64,000 nucleotides of DNA. Origin: Gracilinanus agilis (Eukaryota). A program made the translations under genes and the position numbers. The notes under the pieces are model-generated. The model ran no database searches and was not told where the DNA came from. It worked only from the letters and a program-made list of their open reading frames with translations. Positions 13,960-25,662 of the stretch are shown here, one piece after another. Within the stretch, counting starts at the first letter, position 1, and the number at the start of each line of letters is the position of its first letter. The stretch is from NCBI RefSeq assembly GCF_016433145.1, contig NC_058132.1, positions 129,541,680 through 129,605,679 on the forward strand, written 5' to 3'.

Positions 13960-14077
13960 ATAGCAATACAACAGAAATATTTACGAATTATAATTTATTA
14001 CGTAGTACGTAGAGATATATTATATAGAAATATAACTTACTAATTATAATTCATAAATATTTGTGTTGTATTGCTAT
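13960..14077. repeat. Inverted repeat with 36-bp arms (34/36 paired) and 46-nt spacer
   Basis: Arms 13960-13995 and 14042-14077, checked base by base. Confidence 0.9.
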
Positions 14078-14229
14078 ATATGTCATTTTATTTATAAATA
14101 CTGTACACAATAATATTCAAATAGGTATTTGTATTAAACTGATTGAAGCACTTTTCAAGTCTTAAAGAGCTATGTAAATGCTAGCTATTACAATAATAAC
14201 AATACAACCTAAGAAACAAATAGTAAATT

Positions 14230-15330
14230 TTTTTTTAACCACTCCCTAACCGGGAAGCAGGAACCCAACACAGCTGCCTTGCACAAAACGCGTAATCCGC
14301 TGAATCCCGCTAGTGGCCCAACGCACTCATTATACTACTCTACATTTAAAAGTTCAAGACATGGATGAATCCGCCCCCTAGCTAGGCTCTGTGGTCTCCA
14401 GGACGCGTGCGCAGGGGCGGAGGCGGGGGCGGGGTAGAGATGAGAGGAGGGACGGCTCTGGGACCGGAGGAGGCGTGGTTGTAGGTGGCCTAGGCCGAGT
14501 CTGTAGTAAATAAACGCAAAGTCACTTCAAGGGGGCCCTGGATTTGGCTCCGTAATTTGGATTCGAGTCACGTGCTCGTTCTTCTAGGTCTTCACCCTTG
14601 CTCCGAATAGCTTGGGGTGAGGGCTTCAGCCATCGTTGAGGGGTGAAGGGTTTGGAAAAAGTTAAGGCAAGAAGACGGGGCGGTGAACGTGTGGGAAATC
14701 TCGCCGGGTAGGTGACTCTCGAAAGGAAAGCTCAGGTTTTGGGGAACTGGCCGCCAACCCACGACCCCTGAGTGAAGTTGAGGGCCCGAGCTTGGCCGTT
14801 GGAATCAGGCCTACTGGACGAACAGCGTTGGGCTGCCAGACGTCGGGTTTGTCCCGGAGCTGGATCTCGAGCCGCCCGCCACCCCCCTTCCCAGGACACT
14901 CGCTGGGCGAACGTCACGAGCCTGTCCTGCCCTAGGGGCTGGGGGAAGAGGAGCGCGGAGTACTTTGGAATTTTACCCCACCCCACCGCAAGGTAGAGGG
15001 ATTGTGACTTCCCGAAGCAGGTGGCAAGCAGGTGGCCTGGGACAGTCAGTGCCCTGCCAGCATCCCGCTGAGAGCTGGCTCTGACGAGCCAGAGGTTTGA
15101 CAGGTAAAAGCTGGGATGAGTTTCAAGTTCCGTTCAGCGCGGAGGTTGGCCCAGGGTCTGTCAGCTGTACCTGCTTAGAGCCTCGTGACTAGTGCCGCGT
15201 CTGCTGAGTCAGCGCGAAAGAGTTGTGGGCTGATTGTGTGAGATTGTGTATTAGGGGGAGATGGAATGGGGTGGGGGGGAGGGACATGCCGAACTGCTAA
15301 GTCAGCGTGACCCTGGGTGCTCCGGGCCCC
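14230..15330 (+). promoter_or_regulatory. CpG island promoter of SPART, with candidate non-coding first-exon donors at 14708 (CGG|GTAGGT), 14993 (AAG|GTAGAG) and 15104 (CAG|GTAAAA)
   Basis: Abrupt GC/CpG-rich stretch in AT-rich DNA; GC boxes 14414-14434, NRF1-like CGCGTGCGCA 14404-14413, E-box GTCACGTG 14567-14574. TSS and the donor actually used cannot be fixed from sequence. Confidence 0.85.
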
Positions 15331-16369
15331 CACCCCTTCTTTCCACCCTGCAGAATTCTGGAAATGAGGAATGTGCAGTTTGAGTTCACTGTTCAAAGGC
15401 ATCTCTTCGTGCGGAATACAATACAGAAATCGATTGCATTCCGATGTAGTCAGCAAACTGAGAAACTTCTTTCTTGTCTATTTCACCTGTAGAGATCTCG
15501 CTAATTTCCTTCATTGCCTCTCCCCTCCCTTTTTCTTTTTTCAGATTCTCATTTTGGTCTAGTAGGATCCTGGAGTCCTACAAACAAGAATTGTCTCCCT
15601 CCCCCCACCCCCTTAACCCCGTCTTTATTTCACCATGGTGATTTAATTTAATAAACATTTATTAAGCTCCCACTATATGCCTGGCACTATGCTAAGCTCT
15701 GGGGATACAAAAAAAAAAAAAAAAAGATAAAAGTCGGTTCTTGCTCTCAAAGAGCTTACAATCGAATGGATTCTATTTAATGACTGAATTGATAGGGTAA
15801 ATTTGTAAGACAAGGCACTAGCACCTTTAAATAAATCTTAGTGAAAATGAAAGGAATGATTACCATCCGCAAAATTACTAGAGGATTCTGGAGTTAATAT
15901 TTTATTTAACACATTTGTGATATTTCCTAGGGTCTTTCTGGATCATAATTAGGATGATGCTGTTTATCTTGGAACTTACCTGTGTCAGATATAAGTTAAT
16001 GTATGGCTAATAGCACCTCTTTGACTCTGATGTTTAAATAAGATATTTGGGATTTTTTAAATACCCTTCTATTTCTTCACTTGGAATTTGATGAATATGT
16101 TTGAGGTTGGACCTTGTATCTGAACTAGGAGTCTCAAAAATATAACTAGACATGTATTAGTATTTATTTTACAGTCTGTTAAGAAACAATTTTAATTTCA
16201 TTGGAAAAAATTATTTAAGGATGCAATGTCCCAAATGAAGGACGACTTTCCCACAGTATCAGTATTGATTTTTATGAAGAACTTAATTGAAAGTGTGAAC
16301 AGAGATACTTTTGCTGCTTTTATTAATCAAGTTAGTATTTAAGCAAAACATATCAGAAGCTGTAGCAAT

Positions 16370-16560
16370 ATATAAAGAATACTAGATTTAGAATGAAGGG
16401 ACTTGGTTTTGAGACGTAGCTCAAAGATTAGCTGAGTAATCTTGAGCAAATCAGATTGCCTGAGCCAAGTTTATCTGTCTATAAAATGGGACTAATAGAA
16501 CATTACTGGGTTGTCCTGTGATGAAAAAGTGCTTTGTAAAATTTAAAGTGTTATCTTAAT
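16370..16560 (+). mobile_element. MIR
   Basis: CORE-like CTTGAGCAAATCA..TCTGTCTATAAAATGGG..GTGCTTTGTAAA. Confidence 0.6.
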
Positions 16561-17313
16561 TGATTTTTTTTTACTTGGCTAAACTTTTTTTTTTTTTAGA
16601 TTTACCGACACATTTTATTTCTACTTCTGATCCCAACAGACTCCTAATAATGACATTTGAGTAACTTTTTTATTGTTTTCAAAGCATTTTGCATGTATTT
16701 CCAGCAAAGTTGCTGTAAAGAGAAAGGATTAAAAAAAAAAAAAGAGGAACAGATTCTTTAGATTTCAGTGATATTATGATTCTGACATTGAATATTTAAC
16801 CTTTTTCAAAATTGTAGTTGTTCTTTTGACTTGGCCTTTTTCACTCATTATTTCATAAAAGCCATTAGTCATTTTCAAGCACATATATTGTTTCCAGCTT
16901 TTTATTATATATTATTGTTATTATTATTATTATTACTGCTCTGGAATGTTTTTGTGCTTCTAAGTCTTTTCTTTCAGTTAATAATTTTCTTGAGGTAAGT
17001 AGTCCTGGGTAGTAGAATCTCTGGGTCAAAGGATGTAAATAATTTAGTAACTTTTCTTGTATAATTCCAAATTGAAATTGAACCTCTTAACAGGTAATGT
17101 ATAGTTTGAATTTTTTTTTTTTATAATTCTTAAACTTTTAAAAAAAACTTATCTTTAGTTTTCCCTAATACAGGCTATTTAGCAAAGTTGTGTTCAGGAA
17201 AAATATGTAAACAAACATCATTCAACATTATGAGTACATTAAAATTATTATTTATATGTTTCAGTGGAATTCAGGCATACATATTTTAACCAAAATCATT
17301 AAAGAGAAGTCTG

Positions 17314-17545
17314 TTCAAGGGTTCTTAACCTGATACCACAGACCTAGCAGAGTTCAAATGATATATTTAAGGAGGTTTCTGGACTTAGATGGAAATATTA
17401 CTTCATTATTTCCATTAACCTATAACTGAAATGAAACATTTCCTTCAGTAATGAGCATAGCCAACAAAACATTCTGAAAAGGGGCACATAGGTTTCACAA
17501 AACCGTGAAAGGTGTTTATGATATTAAAAAAGACCAAGAACTCTA
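17314..17545. mobile_element. Old hAT-Charlie-type MITE remnant
   Basis: Starts CAAGGGTTCTTAACCT; internal TTCTGAAAAGGGGCACATAGGTTTCAC; decayed right TIR. Confidence 0.5.
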
Positions 17546-17806
17546 GGTGACCTAGTAGATAGAGCTCTAGGCCAGGAGTCAGGAAGACTCATCTTCCAGA
17601 GTCCAAATCCAGCCTGAGACATTTACTAGCTATGTAACCCTGAGCGAGCCACTTAATCCTATTTGCCTTAGTTTCCTCATCTGTAAAAAGAGCTGGAGAA
17701 TGAAATGGCTTACCACTCCAGTAAAGATATTTGGCAAAGATGCCAAGAAAATCCCAAATAGGGTCACAGAGAGATGGATGTAACTGAAAAACAACTAAAT
17801 AACAAA
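17546..17806 (+). mobile_element. MAR1-type CORE SINE
   Basis: tRNA-like head, CORE (GCAAGTCACTTAA..CAGTTTCCTCATCTGTAAAA-like), tail GGGTCACAGAGAG..ACTGAAAAACAAC. Confidence 0.75.
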
Positions 17807-17819
17807 ATGTTTAATGAAC

Positions 17820-18210
17820 AGTGGTAGCTGGATGGTACAGTGAGTGGTTGGAGTACTGGGCTTGAAGATTATGGGTAAGTCACTTAACCTATATGCCTCC
17901 ATTTCCTTATGTGTGAAATGGAGATGATAATAATATTACCTGTCTCTATGAGATAGCATTTGTAAAGCTCTTAGCATAGTGCCTTAGTACATAGTACTTG
18001 CTATCTAAATGCTAGCTATTAAGACTATTAAGAGTGTCTTCATACAGTCAGAGAACTCAAGAGGGTTAGTTCTTAGCTCTCTTATATAGTTATCTTTATA
18101 TATTTATTATCTTGTGTGAACTTGAGCAAGTTGCTAACATCTATGGGCCTCAGTTTCTTTATCTTGAAAACAAGGAGGTTGGATTAGAATACCTCTAAGG
18201 GTTCTTTTTT
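17820..18210 (+). mobile_element. Two MIR fragments
   Basis: GGGTAAGTCACTTAACCT..GTGAAATGGAGATGATAATAAT and TTGAGCAAGTT..CTCAGTTTCTTTATCTTGAAAA. Confidence 0.6.
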
Positions 18211-21085
18211 GAAATCTATAGAATCACATTTTGGTTTAACTTGTTTCTTTTGCCATATAGTATTTAGAATAACATAATTTACCATCTATAGATTTTATTA
18301 CATATAAATGTATAAATTAATTTAATAAGTATTTATTACATATTTCTATACTACTTTAAGAAGAGACAGAATGGCATGATAGCAGGCAAGCCATGGTGGG
18401 TGTAAGTTCTGCCTTTGACACTTATATTATCACTGTGTGGCCTTAGGCAAGTTACTTAACCACTGAATGTTCCCAGGCAAATTATAAGAAAATAGTTTTC
18501 AGTCAGTGCAATTGAAGGAAGTTCCACAAAGTTCTCACTGGTGAAATAATTGAACCTACTGATTTCTAAACCTATTTCCTCCCTGCCATGGACTACTTTG
18601 ATAATACTAGTTTCAGTACTAATCTATACTATTTTTTCAGTACTCAAATTTTAAATCCTAACCAGAGAATATCCATAGTATCCTTTTTTTAAAAAGAAAT
18701 TTTATATTTCCTTTTTATGGGTTAAAATATTGTTTCATCTTATGTAAAAGTGTGCTAATAAGTATTGTACATAAGGAAACCATAGCTCTTGGTTGGTAAC
18801 CTCAAAACTAGGAAAATGGAAATTTGCTCATTCTTTTTAAAAAAAGCTTTCTTGACCTTATGATTTAGAAAATCTTCTATAGCCGTATAGGAAGTCTCTA
18901 ACTTATTAGTAGGTTGCACTTCTAAAATTACTTTTTAAAAATCAAATTGGAACACATTTTTCCAGAGAAACAATATGGCTAGATTTCCACGTTCCAAGGT
19001 CTGCTTTTATTGTAATTGCTACTCTTACTATGAAGGGTCTAGGATAGAGCCTTAGTAATCTAGACTGCTTTCCATGGAAGGCTAGGTGAAAGATTTCAGC
19101 AAAAATTAGAATACTGGGCTATGCTAATATAAAGTAATGGTATTTACCATTACCTATTGGAGGTAGGCATAATTCTGAGCAGAGGGGATATGAATGGCAA
19201 AGAACTGACCAATCTGAAGGACAGACATAATAGCATTGTTTGCTTGCTTGAGAACCATCTGGCTTTTGTAGCAAGTCAACCAGTTGATATCACATTTCAT
19301 TCTATCGCTTAGTAGAATGTAACGGACCACTAAACCAGATGTAAAGATCTCAGGAAAGGATAACAATTGGGAACTAGAAGTAATATAATTAAGTTGGAGA
19401 AATGGTTTTCTCTGGAAAAATAGGGTGGGATTTTTCTAATTACTGCTAACCAATTTCCTTGAAGGGAGACCTTTTGGATCTTCATAGGATTGTTTGAAAC
19501 ATGAGGAGAGGGTTATAATTCACTCCCAAGTACAGAGGAAAGAGGTATTTGGCAACATGAGTAGCATAAATCATTCATATTTAGTTCTTTTATCAAGGGC
19601 CACAGAACAGGTAGGAACATCAGCCTTTCTCTTATTTTCTTCCCTTTCTTCTATCTTCCAATTCCCCTTCAGTAATATCACCAGATAGGAGAAATGATGT
19701 GAACTTTGATCCCGAAGATGATGGATTTTTGAGCTGAATGTCAGAATAATAAGGAAGATATAAAGCTAGAGCCAGAGATGGTAGTCTTCCGTATTACAAG
19801 AACTTATAAGCAAGGGCTCCAAATGAACTAGTAGGATACCTGGAGAATAATAATAGCTAAGTTTATAGTATTTAGTAGCACTTTAAAATTAAGGGTTACA
19901 AAACATTCTTTTCACATATATGACTCAATTGATTGCCGCAACCCTATGAGATAGGTATTATAGATATTATCTCTATCATATAGGGAAACAGGTGCAGAGG
20001 TTAGCTGGCTTGCCTATTGTTATAAGGCTTAGAAGCATCAGAAGTGGTACTTATAATCAGTCTCTCCTTGCCCCAAGGCTCACCTTCCTTCAACCTTGAT
20101 AGATATAAGACAGAATCATTCCTTTTCATATTCTTTTGTATACTTGGGTTTTGGGGTATATAGATTAGGATTTGTCCTAAAGGAAAAAATTCCACATGCA
20201 TAGAGAAAATTTTATAGATTGATTTTTTTAAAAATCTTCCCACAGTAATCATTGGGTACTTTGATTCTCAATAAATAACTAATCCTGTTTTCAAGAAGAG
20301 GAAAAGAGGAAGACAGGTAAAGAATATGAGAGACAGAAACAGAGAATGAAATATGCCAAGTCCATACTGTTGCTAAAGTCACTAGATTTCTGTGTTTGAG
20401 GTGTATTCTATGGGATTATTCTGGGGAGCAGTATAGGAAAGTTATAGCAATATTATTTATATACATTATTGATAAGTTGGGAATTGCCTGCACCTTATTG
20501 CTTCTAATAAAGCAGAAATAGAATAATTGAAATGAATAGTTTTCCTTGTTTTATAGTTAAATAAATAATTACCTGTTTATATTTTATAATGTAGATGCTA
20601 TATTCTATTACTATTCACAATTAGAGACTATCTTTTGCTCTTGCCTCTAGGTTGGTGATCTGATTAGATTGTTAAAACAACCACATTTATTCTTTATCTT
20701 TTTGGTCTTGGTGTGACTTAAGCTTACAGACACATCAAGAAATAATTTTAAATGCTTTCTTCTCAAGAAGCCTTTAAAGCAGGTATATAGTAGGCTGAGA
20801 TGTACTGGAAAATAAAATGAGGTGGTTTTCTTTATGAAGTTTTTTCCCCCTTATTTTTTATCTTTGTTATTTTCTCTTACTTTTTGCTTATAATGAATTT
20901 AATATATTAATCTTCATTCAGCAAGATATTAAGATTGGTATAGACACTAATGTAGATAAGCACTTCCCCTGTCTGGAATGCTACCCTTCCTCATTTTCAC
21001 TTCTTGGCTTCCTTTAAGTTCTAGCTAAAGTTTCACTTTCCACAGAAATCCTTTCCTGATTTCCCTCTTATAAGTGCTTCCCCTT

Positions 21086-21838
21086 TGTTTTAAGATAGTC
21101 TTCTGGCATAAGGAAGTACTTCCTGGGAAAATGAAAGGTTCCCCATGCTTTCTACAACTGGGCTCACAGAGTCATACTTGTAGATATTACTGTTAGTAGG
21201 GTAAGTCCTTCTCTGGGTACCTAGTTTAAGTCTAAGGAGATGCTTTTGACCCAACCAGAGACGTTTGAGGAAATCAAATCCTCAATGAGTTGAGATGCTG
21301 AGAATAGAATGTAAAACAATGAAAATCAGTTCACTGCAAAGCTTTCAGACAGGCAGGGTGGAAGAGGAAGGTGCAGTGAACCTAATATATAACTTAGACG
21401 TATACACCAACATAAAGTATAACTCACATAAAAGCCACATGGCATTGGGGATCATAGATTCATTCAATAAGAAGAGCATGCACCAGTAAAAAAGTGTATT
21501 CCCTAGAAGCAGAGTAAGGTTTTTAAATTCTAATTTTGTATGGTCTTTTGCTTCTCAGAGGTCAAGGAAAACTATTTTGGTGGTCATCAGGGAGAAAATA
21601 AGTGGTGATAGACAAAATATTATTGGGATGCACAGCTATATTAACCTCAAAAAATAGTCACCATTTTTCCATGAATGTGTTCTTTAAACTTACACAGCCT
21701 CCTTTAAGAGGAGATCATCAGGCATCAGGCCTAATCTTATAACAATGGTTTCTGTGCTGAGATTCTATAAGCTATGTTCTCCTTTAAGAGAAGACTGTCA
21801 TGGTGGTCTGAAGACCACTAGACCTATCTTATAATACA
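21086..21838. mobile_element. Unclassified ~750-bp insertion, solo-LTR-like, interrupting an L2
   Basis: TG...CA ends with imperfect terminal inverted repeat (TGTTTTAAGATAGTC / GACCTATCTTATAATACA); L2 3' sequence is continuous across it; TSD unclear. Confidence 0.45.
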
Positions 21839-22198
21839 CTTGATTATTTCCCAGGTAGCTTTTATATAACTTGTTTGTACATAGTTGTTTGCATGTTTTC
21901 TCTCACGTTAGACTGAACTCCTTAAGAGCAGAGACTTGTACTTCTATCTTTCTTTGTATCTTCAGTGCTTAGCACTCACCTTATTGACCAACTGAGTATA
22001 TAGGTTTATAAACTTTACTAAAAAGAAATCTTATTTTCAAAAAATATAGCTCAGAAGTTGATTATTTTATTTCTTTCATTAGGAAAGGAGGGATTTGAAA
22101 TAAGCAACAAAATGCTTAGCTGTAGCCCCCAGTAGTGAGAGTGGACCCCAGTAAAACCAACAAATATATTCTAGTTATCAATTAATAAAATGCAGCCA

Positions 22199-22440
22199 GG
22201 GGCAGCTGGGTAGCTTAGTGGATTGAGAGTCAGGCCTAGAGACAGGAGGTCCTAGTTTCAAATCCGGCCTCAGATACTTCCCAGCTGTGTGACCCTGGGC
22301 AAGTCACTTGACCCCCATTGCCCACTCTTACCACTCTTCCACTTGGGAGCCAATACACAGAAGTTAAGGGTTAAATAAATAAAAATAAAAAAATAAAAAA
22401 TAATAATCTAGCTGGTCTCCCTCCATTTTAAAAATAAAAA
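22199..22440 (+). mobile_element. SINE1-type, full length, with compound tail
   Basis: GGGGCAGCTGGGTAGC...AAGTTAAGGGTT; TSD AAAATGCAGCC at 22187-22197 and 22441-22451. Confidence 0.92.
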
Positions 22441-22494
22441 AAAATGCAGCCCATTCAGCTGTGTTGTCATAACAGTATTTCTTGTTTTGCAGTA

Positions 22495-23286
22495 ATGGAA
22501 CGAGAGCAAGAACCATACAGTGAAGAACCTGCAAATATTAAAATCATAAAAGAAACATATAAGCAGGCTTTCATATTTGTTAATAAAGGACTGAATGCAG
22601 ATGAATTGGGGCAAAAGGAAGAAGCAAAGAATTATTACAGTCAAGGAAGAAAACACCTGCTTCAAGGAGTCAGCATTTCATCATCTGGGCCAGAATGCAC
22701 AGGTTCTGAGTGGGAATCTGCTAGACAGATGCAACAAAAGATGAAAGAAACATTGCAAAATGTCGATACCAGGCTGGGAATCCTGGAGCAAAATCCTTCC
22801 CCTTCTATTCTGAGTAGTCCTTCAGAAGAATCCAAATTACATTCTGTGTTGACCACTAATGGAAAACCAGAAAGGCCTTCTCTGCCTCCATCTTTGTCTT
22901 TATCATCTGAACAAACAGCAATTGAGAACACTCCCTCCACAAGCAGAAGGCAGGATTCTATGGTTATTCCTGTATCTTTGGGAGCCCCTCCTGCTTATAC
23001 ACCCTGTGCTAGAGATGGGCACTATACTCTGTCTTATGGAACAGAATCTGGGGAATTTTCTTCTGTTGGTGAAGAATATTATACGATTTCTACTCGGCCT
23101 CCTCCTCTTGAAACTCTAGGAGTAGATGTAGAAGAGTTAATTTTAATACCCAGTGGAGTACAGATTTTCTTTGTAACTCCAGCAGGGGAAGTTAGTGCAC
23201 CTTCATATCCTGGATATCTTAGAATTGTGAAGTTTTTGGACACTGCCAATGAAGCTGCTCAGAATCGTCCCCAGGGATTTCTTCAG
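22495..23286 (+). CDS. SPART: SPART coding exon 1 (gene exon 2): MIT domain, PPAY motif
   Basis: Acceptor ttgttttgcAG|TAATG (exon starts 22493); MEREQEPYSEEPANIKIIKETYKQAFIFVNKGLNADELGQKEEAKNYY...GAPPAYTP...PSYPGYLRIVKFLD...RPQGFLQ; donor CAG|GTAACA at 23287, phase 0. Confidence 0.97.
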
Positions 23287-25464
23287 GTAACAAATAGAAA
23301 ATCTTTAAAATGGAAACCTGCTTGGCACAATATTATCCTTTTTTTTTTTGCTTATGTTTCATGATGTGTCTAACCTAGCAGTCAGAGAAGATACTTTAGA
23401 AGTTCTAATTCCTTCAAGCTCTACCACATGAAGCTTTATAGAGTTAGGATAAGTAAGTGATATATTTGATTTTGGTTTGGGGATTTTTTTTAATGTCTAT
23501 TGATGCTAGAAGAAATGAAGCTGCCAATCAGTCAATCATTAAATGTTTATTAAGCACTTAATCAGTGCTAGACATTGAATAAAAAAGGTGGTTCCAATTA
23601 AGTGTCCATGCAACTTAATTTTCTAATAAAAGGAAGAACATGTTATTAATTGAGTTAGGCATCACTAATACTTACTCTTTATTCTACTTATCATGACTTT
23701 TGCTGCTGTGTGATGTTTTCTTCCTTAACATTCTTGAAGTCAATGTGTGGTTCTGCTATTTCTAGAAAATCCATCACTAATCTTAAGAAATATGTCCACA
23801 TTGTTCTATAAAGAAACTCAGTGAGACTAAATAGAACTTTAACATTATCATTGATTTAAAGGATTGATATTCATAAACTATGAATGTGCACATATACTCA
23901 AGCTATGATTAGAATGTAATCAAAAGAAATTAATAGCTAGAAATATACTAAATAAAAGAATAGCTAAAACTAAGATAATTACATTAGTGAATGTGGGAGA
24001 GATTGCCTCAGTGAAGGGGTATTAAAGAGGATCAAGGCAAAGATTTTCTTTTGTTCTTGGGGTTTGTTTTTGTAGTTCCAGGACCTTATGATTAGTAAAT
24101 GTTTTATCTGAAATAAATGTGTTTGAACTCTGGCATGGAAGAGAAAGATGGATGTCTAACACACTTTCCCCCCACTCTTAAACCCTCAGCATTGTAAAAT
24201 AGTGGGAGAACCAATTTTCAGGTATCTGCTTTGAAGAAAAACAAGATGTCTGTACACAATAATAGTGAAGCAGTATCATGTTGGGAATATTATACCTAAT
24301 TACATGAGCCTGAATATTAAGAATTAGTTCTTCTATTAAAAATTTAAGTTCCTAACATAGGGGGGTATCTCTGTTTATTTGCCTAAACATGTTATGATCT
24401 CTTTTTTTAATCCTTCCTTTGGTATTTCTAAACTAAAAATGTGCCACAAACTTCATTTTTTAAAGGGAGTATATTCAAGTATTTGTGGAAAAATAGAAAT
24501 GAAAAAGATATAATTAGTTTTCTCTCATATCCCATTCTCAATTACTATTCAGAAGTTGAGCTTTACAGCTCTGATTAATTTCTTGTGCTTCAAAAATTCT
24601 AAAAGTTATTTCTTCCTATACTGTTATAAAGTGATTGCTTTTCTTCTGCTTGAGATCTTGGCTTCTGATGTGAATTTGGTTTGTGGACACAATAGAATCC
24701 TACTAAGATTCCAGTGCTTTTCATATAAGCTTTACTCATAGCAGATATTTCTATTATTAAATATTTAAATTTTTAATTCTGGAAAGTTTGTCTTAAAAAT
24801 TGTTTTCTCTTTTATAATTGTAGACATATCCATAGTAATATAAAAGAAAATGGGATAATTTGTAGAGTTAATAGCTTTTTTTCTTCTTTTTAAGAAGATA
24901 TAGGATTTTAGGAATAAAGTTTGCAAATCTTTGGATAATTGATAGCAATAACTATCCAATAGTGAATTCACACTTTCAATTTGAGCTGTGACATAACTGT
25001 GACATAGGTTTTCTGTTCTAGCTCCAAGTTTCAGCCATTGAACTAGGCCACATAAGGTTATTGTGCCACAGTACCATTAGATGATTGATAAATTGTCTTG
25101 CTTCCAGATTTATGCTTTACCCAAAGAGATGACTGGTTTTAATAATAAAAAGTTAATTTGCTGGAATATTGCTTTGGAATATTGCTTATTTTAAAGCTAA
25201 TTTCCTCTTTAAGTAAAATTTGACTTTCCAACACTGGCTAAAAAATATATATATTACAACTTTTTAATAAACAGCCATTCACTATAATTATTCTAACAAA
25301 CTAAAATTTTATCTTCATTGTTGAATTTGACAGGTCTTAAGCTATCTACAGTATCATGTCTTTGAAATGTTAATTTTCTATTATTTATTGTTGCTTAGTT
25401 ATAGATTAGAAAATCTAGGTAAATATTAGTCCTATTAATAGAACTATTGTTTTAAAATCTTTAG

Positions 25465-25662
25465 GTTTGTGATTGGGTATATCCTCTGATGCCTAATCAG
25501 TCTCCGGTACTAAGCTGCAGTACTGGAGTCTATATGTTCCCAGACACAGAATTACAAATGTCAGGATCCTGTGTGGGTGTAGTTTTGTCTTCTGAACTAC
25601 CAAAAGAAGATCGAGAGCTCTTTGAGGACCTGTTGAAACAAATGTCTGACCTTCGATTTCAG
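25465..25662 (+). CDS. SPART: SPART exon 3 (198 nt)
   Basis: tttAG|GTT; VCDWVYPLMPNQSPVLSCSTGVYMFPDTELQMSGSCVGVVLSSELPKEDRELFEDLLKQMSDLRFQ; donor CAG|GTAACC, phase 0. Confidence 0.97.

Noticed and set aside
14732-14996. Overlapping 84-aa and 74-aa ORFs in the SPART island
   Set aside because: GC-rich DNA lacks stops by composition; no recognisable protein.
22444-22494. 17-aa N-terminal extension in the track ORF (MQPIQLCCHNSISCFAV)
   Set aside because: That ATG is intronic, upstream of the clear acceptor at 22491-22492; homology starts at ATG 22495.
23287-23364. ORF continuation past exon 2 (and similarly 25663-25785 past exon 3)
   Set aside because: Simple read-through into introns after canonical donors, with no homology. 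Nearby AATAAA hits are expected in DNA this AT-rich.
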